Positions 62,284 to 64,000 of a stretch of DNA of 64,000 nt are shown piece by piece (the first letter of the stretch is position 1; every line of letters begins with the position of its first letter). The stretch is from Marsupella aquatica (lineage: Eukaryota; Plantae; Marchantiophyta). Location: contig OZ316897.1 in NCBI GenBank assembly GCA_973895155.1, positions 19,967,224 to 20,031,223 on the forward strand. Direction: 5' to 3'. The notes beneath the pieces were generated by a model. That model was given only the letters and a program-made list of their open reading frames with translations. It was not told the DNA's origin and did no database searches. The translations under genes and the position numbers were made by a program.

Positions 62284-64000
62284 AAATATACACATACGTT
62301 TTACAGAAAAAGGCCAAATAGAGTACAAAAGAATAAACAAGAGAGGTCCCAAGTGGACAAAACCAAACGCAAAAGAAGTGAGCAAAAGGAAACCCTAAAA
62401 ACCAAGAAAGAGGAACTAAAAGAAGTGAGCAAAAGGAAACCCCTAAAAACCAAGAAAGAGGAACTAAAACTACCGCAAATGGACCAAGGTCCTCAACATA
62501 CCTAGCAAAAGTGGCAATAAGCTAGTGGTCTACATCAAGCGTCGAAACTAGATCGGCAAGTGGGACAGGAATATCCTCTAGGAGGGCTAGCCGCTGCGGA
62601 GTCACACTAGCACCCACTGTCAGAGATCGACGATAGATGGCCCGAGCTTGAGCACGCTGTAAGGTGACTGAAATGCGTTGGCAAAAGTGCATGGTCAAAA
62701 TAGATAGCGGGGGCCCGGTGGGACCCATCCGGCCGTGAACATCCCGAGTAGCTTGGCGAAGAAGCCCGTCAAACTGATGATGGAGACGCCCAAATATCTC
62801 AAGAGCAAGGGGCAGGAAGCTATCAGATGAAGCGCGTGTAGCATATTTGGCCTCCTTCGTTGTTGTTGCTCGTGATGCTGCTGCCCCTGCCGTTGTTGCC
62901 GTTGTCCCAATGATGTCTTGGCGCAATGGGTTTGCCACCACTACATCTGCCAAAGTACGATGACCTTCACGGACCATGGTAAGATCCACCCATAACCGCT
63001 ATGATGGAGGACCAGGTAACTCGAGCACCACCTCCCGCCGCGCACAGACCAAAGAGCCAGAGAAACTCCGCTGAAGACATCCGCAGGTGAGGAATGATTG
63101 GATTGGCCTGAAGCCAGCCTCCTGCGCCCTTCCCTCTGGAAGAAAGAATCCGAGCTCGGTCCGTGTCAGGTGCCTCGGTGAGGATGCTGGAAAGGGTGAA
63201 AGCGTGCATACGCCCAGCAAGGTCTGCCTGAAGACGAACGGGGTCCAAGGATAAAAACTCCTGGAATGAAGGTAATGCAACTCGAACAGGATCGGGTAAT
63301 GATGACAGCGCCGTGCGTAAATGAACCTGAAATGGGAGGGAACCCTCCTCCACCTCCATGAGAGACGAAAGTAAAAAAGGTCGATCCTCCGTAAGGAAAC
63401 GATCTGCCAACAATGAGAAGGCGGCCGCCCACGCGCCCAAGAAGGCCAAAGGTGCAAGGCGCTCAGTGGAAGTAAGCCCAAAACCACCGTGAGAAATAGG
63501 AAGACTGAGCTGTCGATGAAGCCACGGAGATGAGAGCAAAGTACCTGGCCCTAAAAGAGAGGCCAAAGTCTCACGAATGAAGACATCAAACGCTCGGAGG
63601 TGTAGATAAAGATCCTCGGTAGGGGGATGCGTCTGAGCCAAATAGGACGCACGAGGGTGGATGCATCTCAACAACAACCCAAATGCTGCCTGAGAGTCTG
63701 CTAACTTAGGGAGCATAGGAGTAGGGGCTAAGGCAGCCTGGAGAGCGTCAGCAATGAAAGATGAGCAAAAGGAGGGGGTACCAACTGGGGAGCCAAGGAC
63801 CCGAAGACCGTCGGCTGGACGCAAGAACCTAGGGGGAAGCGCAAGATCAGAGGGTAACCCAGCCGGATTCCATGCACGACTCTTCACCGGCTGAACTCGT
63901 AAACCGAGGCCCAAAAAATGGATGGAAAGGGTGGCGAGGGCAGAAGTAACAGCAACAGATGGACCAATGATGTGGGTGTCATCTGAAAGGGAGGGGAAGA
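62284..64000 (-). mobile_element. CRE-clade-like non-LTR retrotransposon, 3' part (RT C-terminus, thumb, restriction-like endonuclease, 3' UTR); runs off the window
   Basis: PSLSDDTHIIGP, GL.VQP.KS, GLRVLGSPVG, QLSLPISHGGFGL, GAGGWL..NP...MSS.EF. RLE: DL......TLADV, KEAKY, FLPLALEIFG, QRISVTLQRAQA. The 3' UTR contains a ~48-bp tandem duplication. Confidence 0.82.

Overview
Eukaryotic land-plant genomic DNA with GT-AG introns. A bryophyte, possibly an RNA-editing liverwort, is inferred from the style of the PLS-DYW PPR gene and from alpha/beta-hydrolases resembling the N-terminal domain of bryophyte Hyd-NLRs. Host-type genes: a 13-exon KDM3/JHDM2-type JmjC demethylase (9734-15163 +), an intronless, fungal-looking lipid-droplet hydrolase (LDAH family, about 21850-22890 +), two divergently oriented 3-exon stand-alone alpha/beta-hydrolase paralogues (26381-27850 -, 40836-42247 +), a very long PLS-DYW RNA-editing factor built from near-identical 303-bp units (44876-48985 -) and an SPH/S1-like remnant. 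The main finding lies between the two hydrolases: a decayed Ty3/Gypsy retrotransposon whose pol carries a C5-cytosine DNA methyltransferase (DNMT3-like) domain between protease and reverse transcriptase. It is strongly CpG-depleted, rearranged into a ~620-bp inverted duplication and interrupted by a solo LTR with a perfect target-site duplication (TSD). The rest is nested transposon debris (Copia-type LTRs, TIR elements, a CRE-like non-LTR element with a restriction-like endonuclease) and tandem repeats. All family assignments come from motif recognition by eye; no database search was run.
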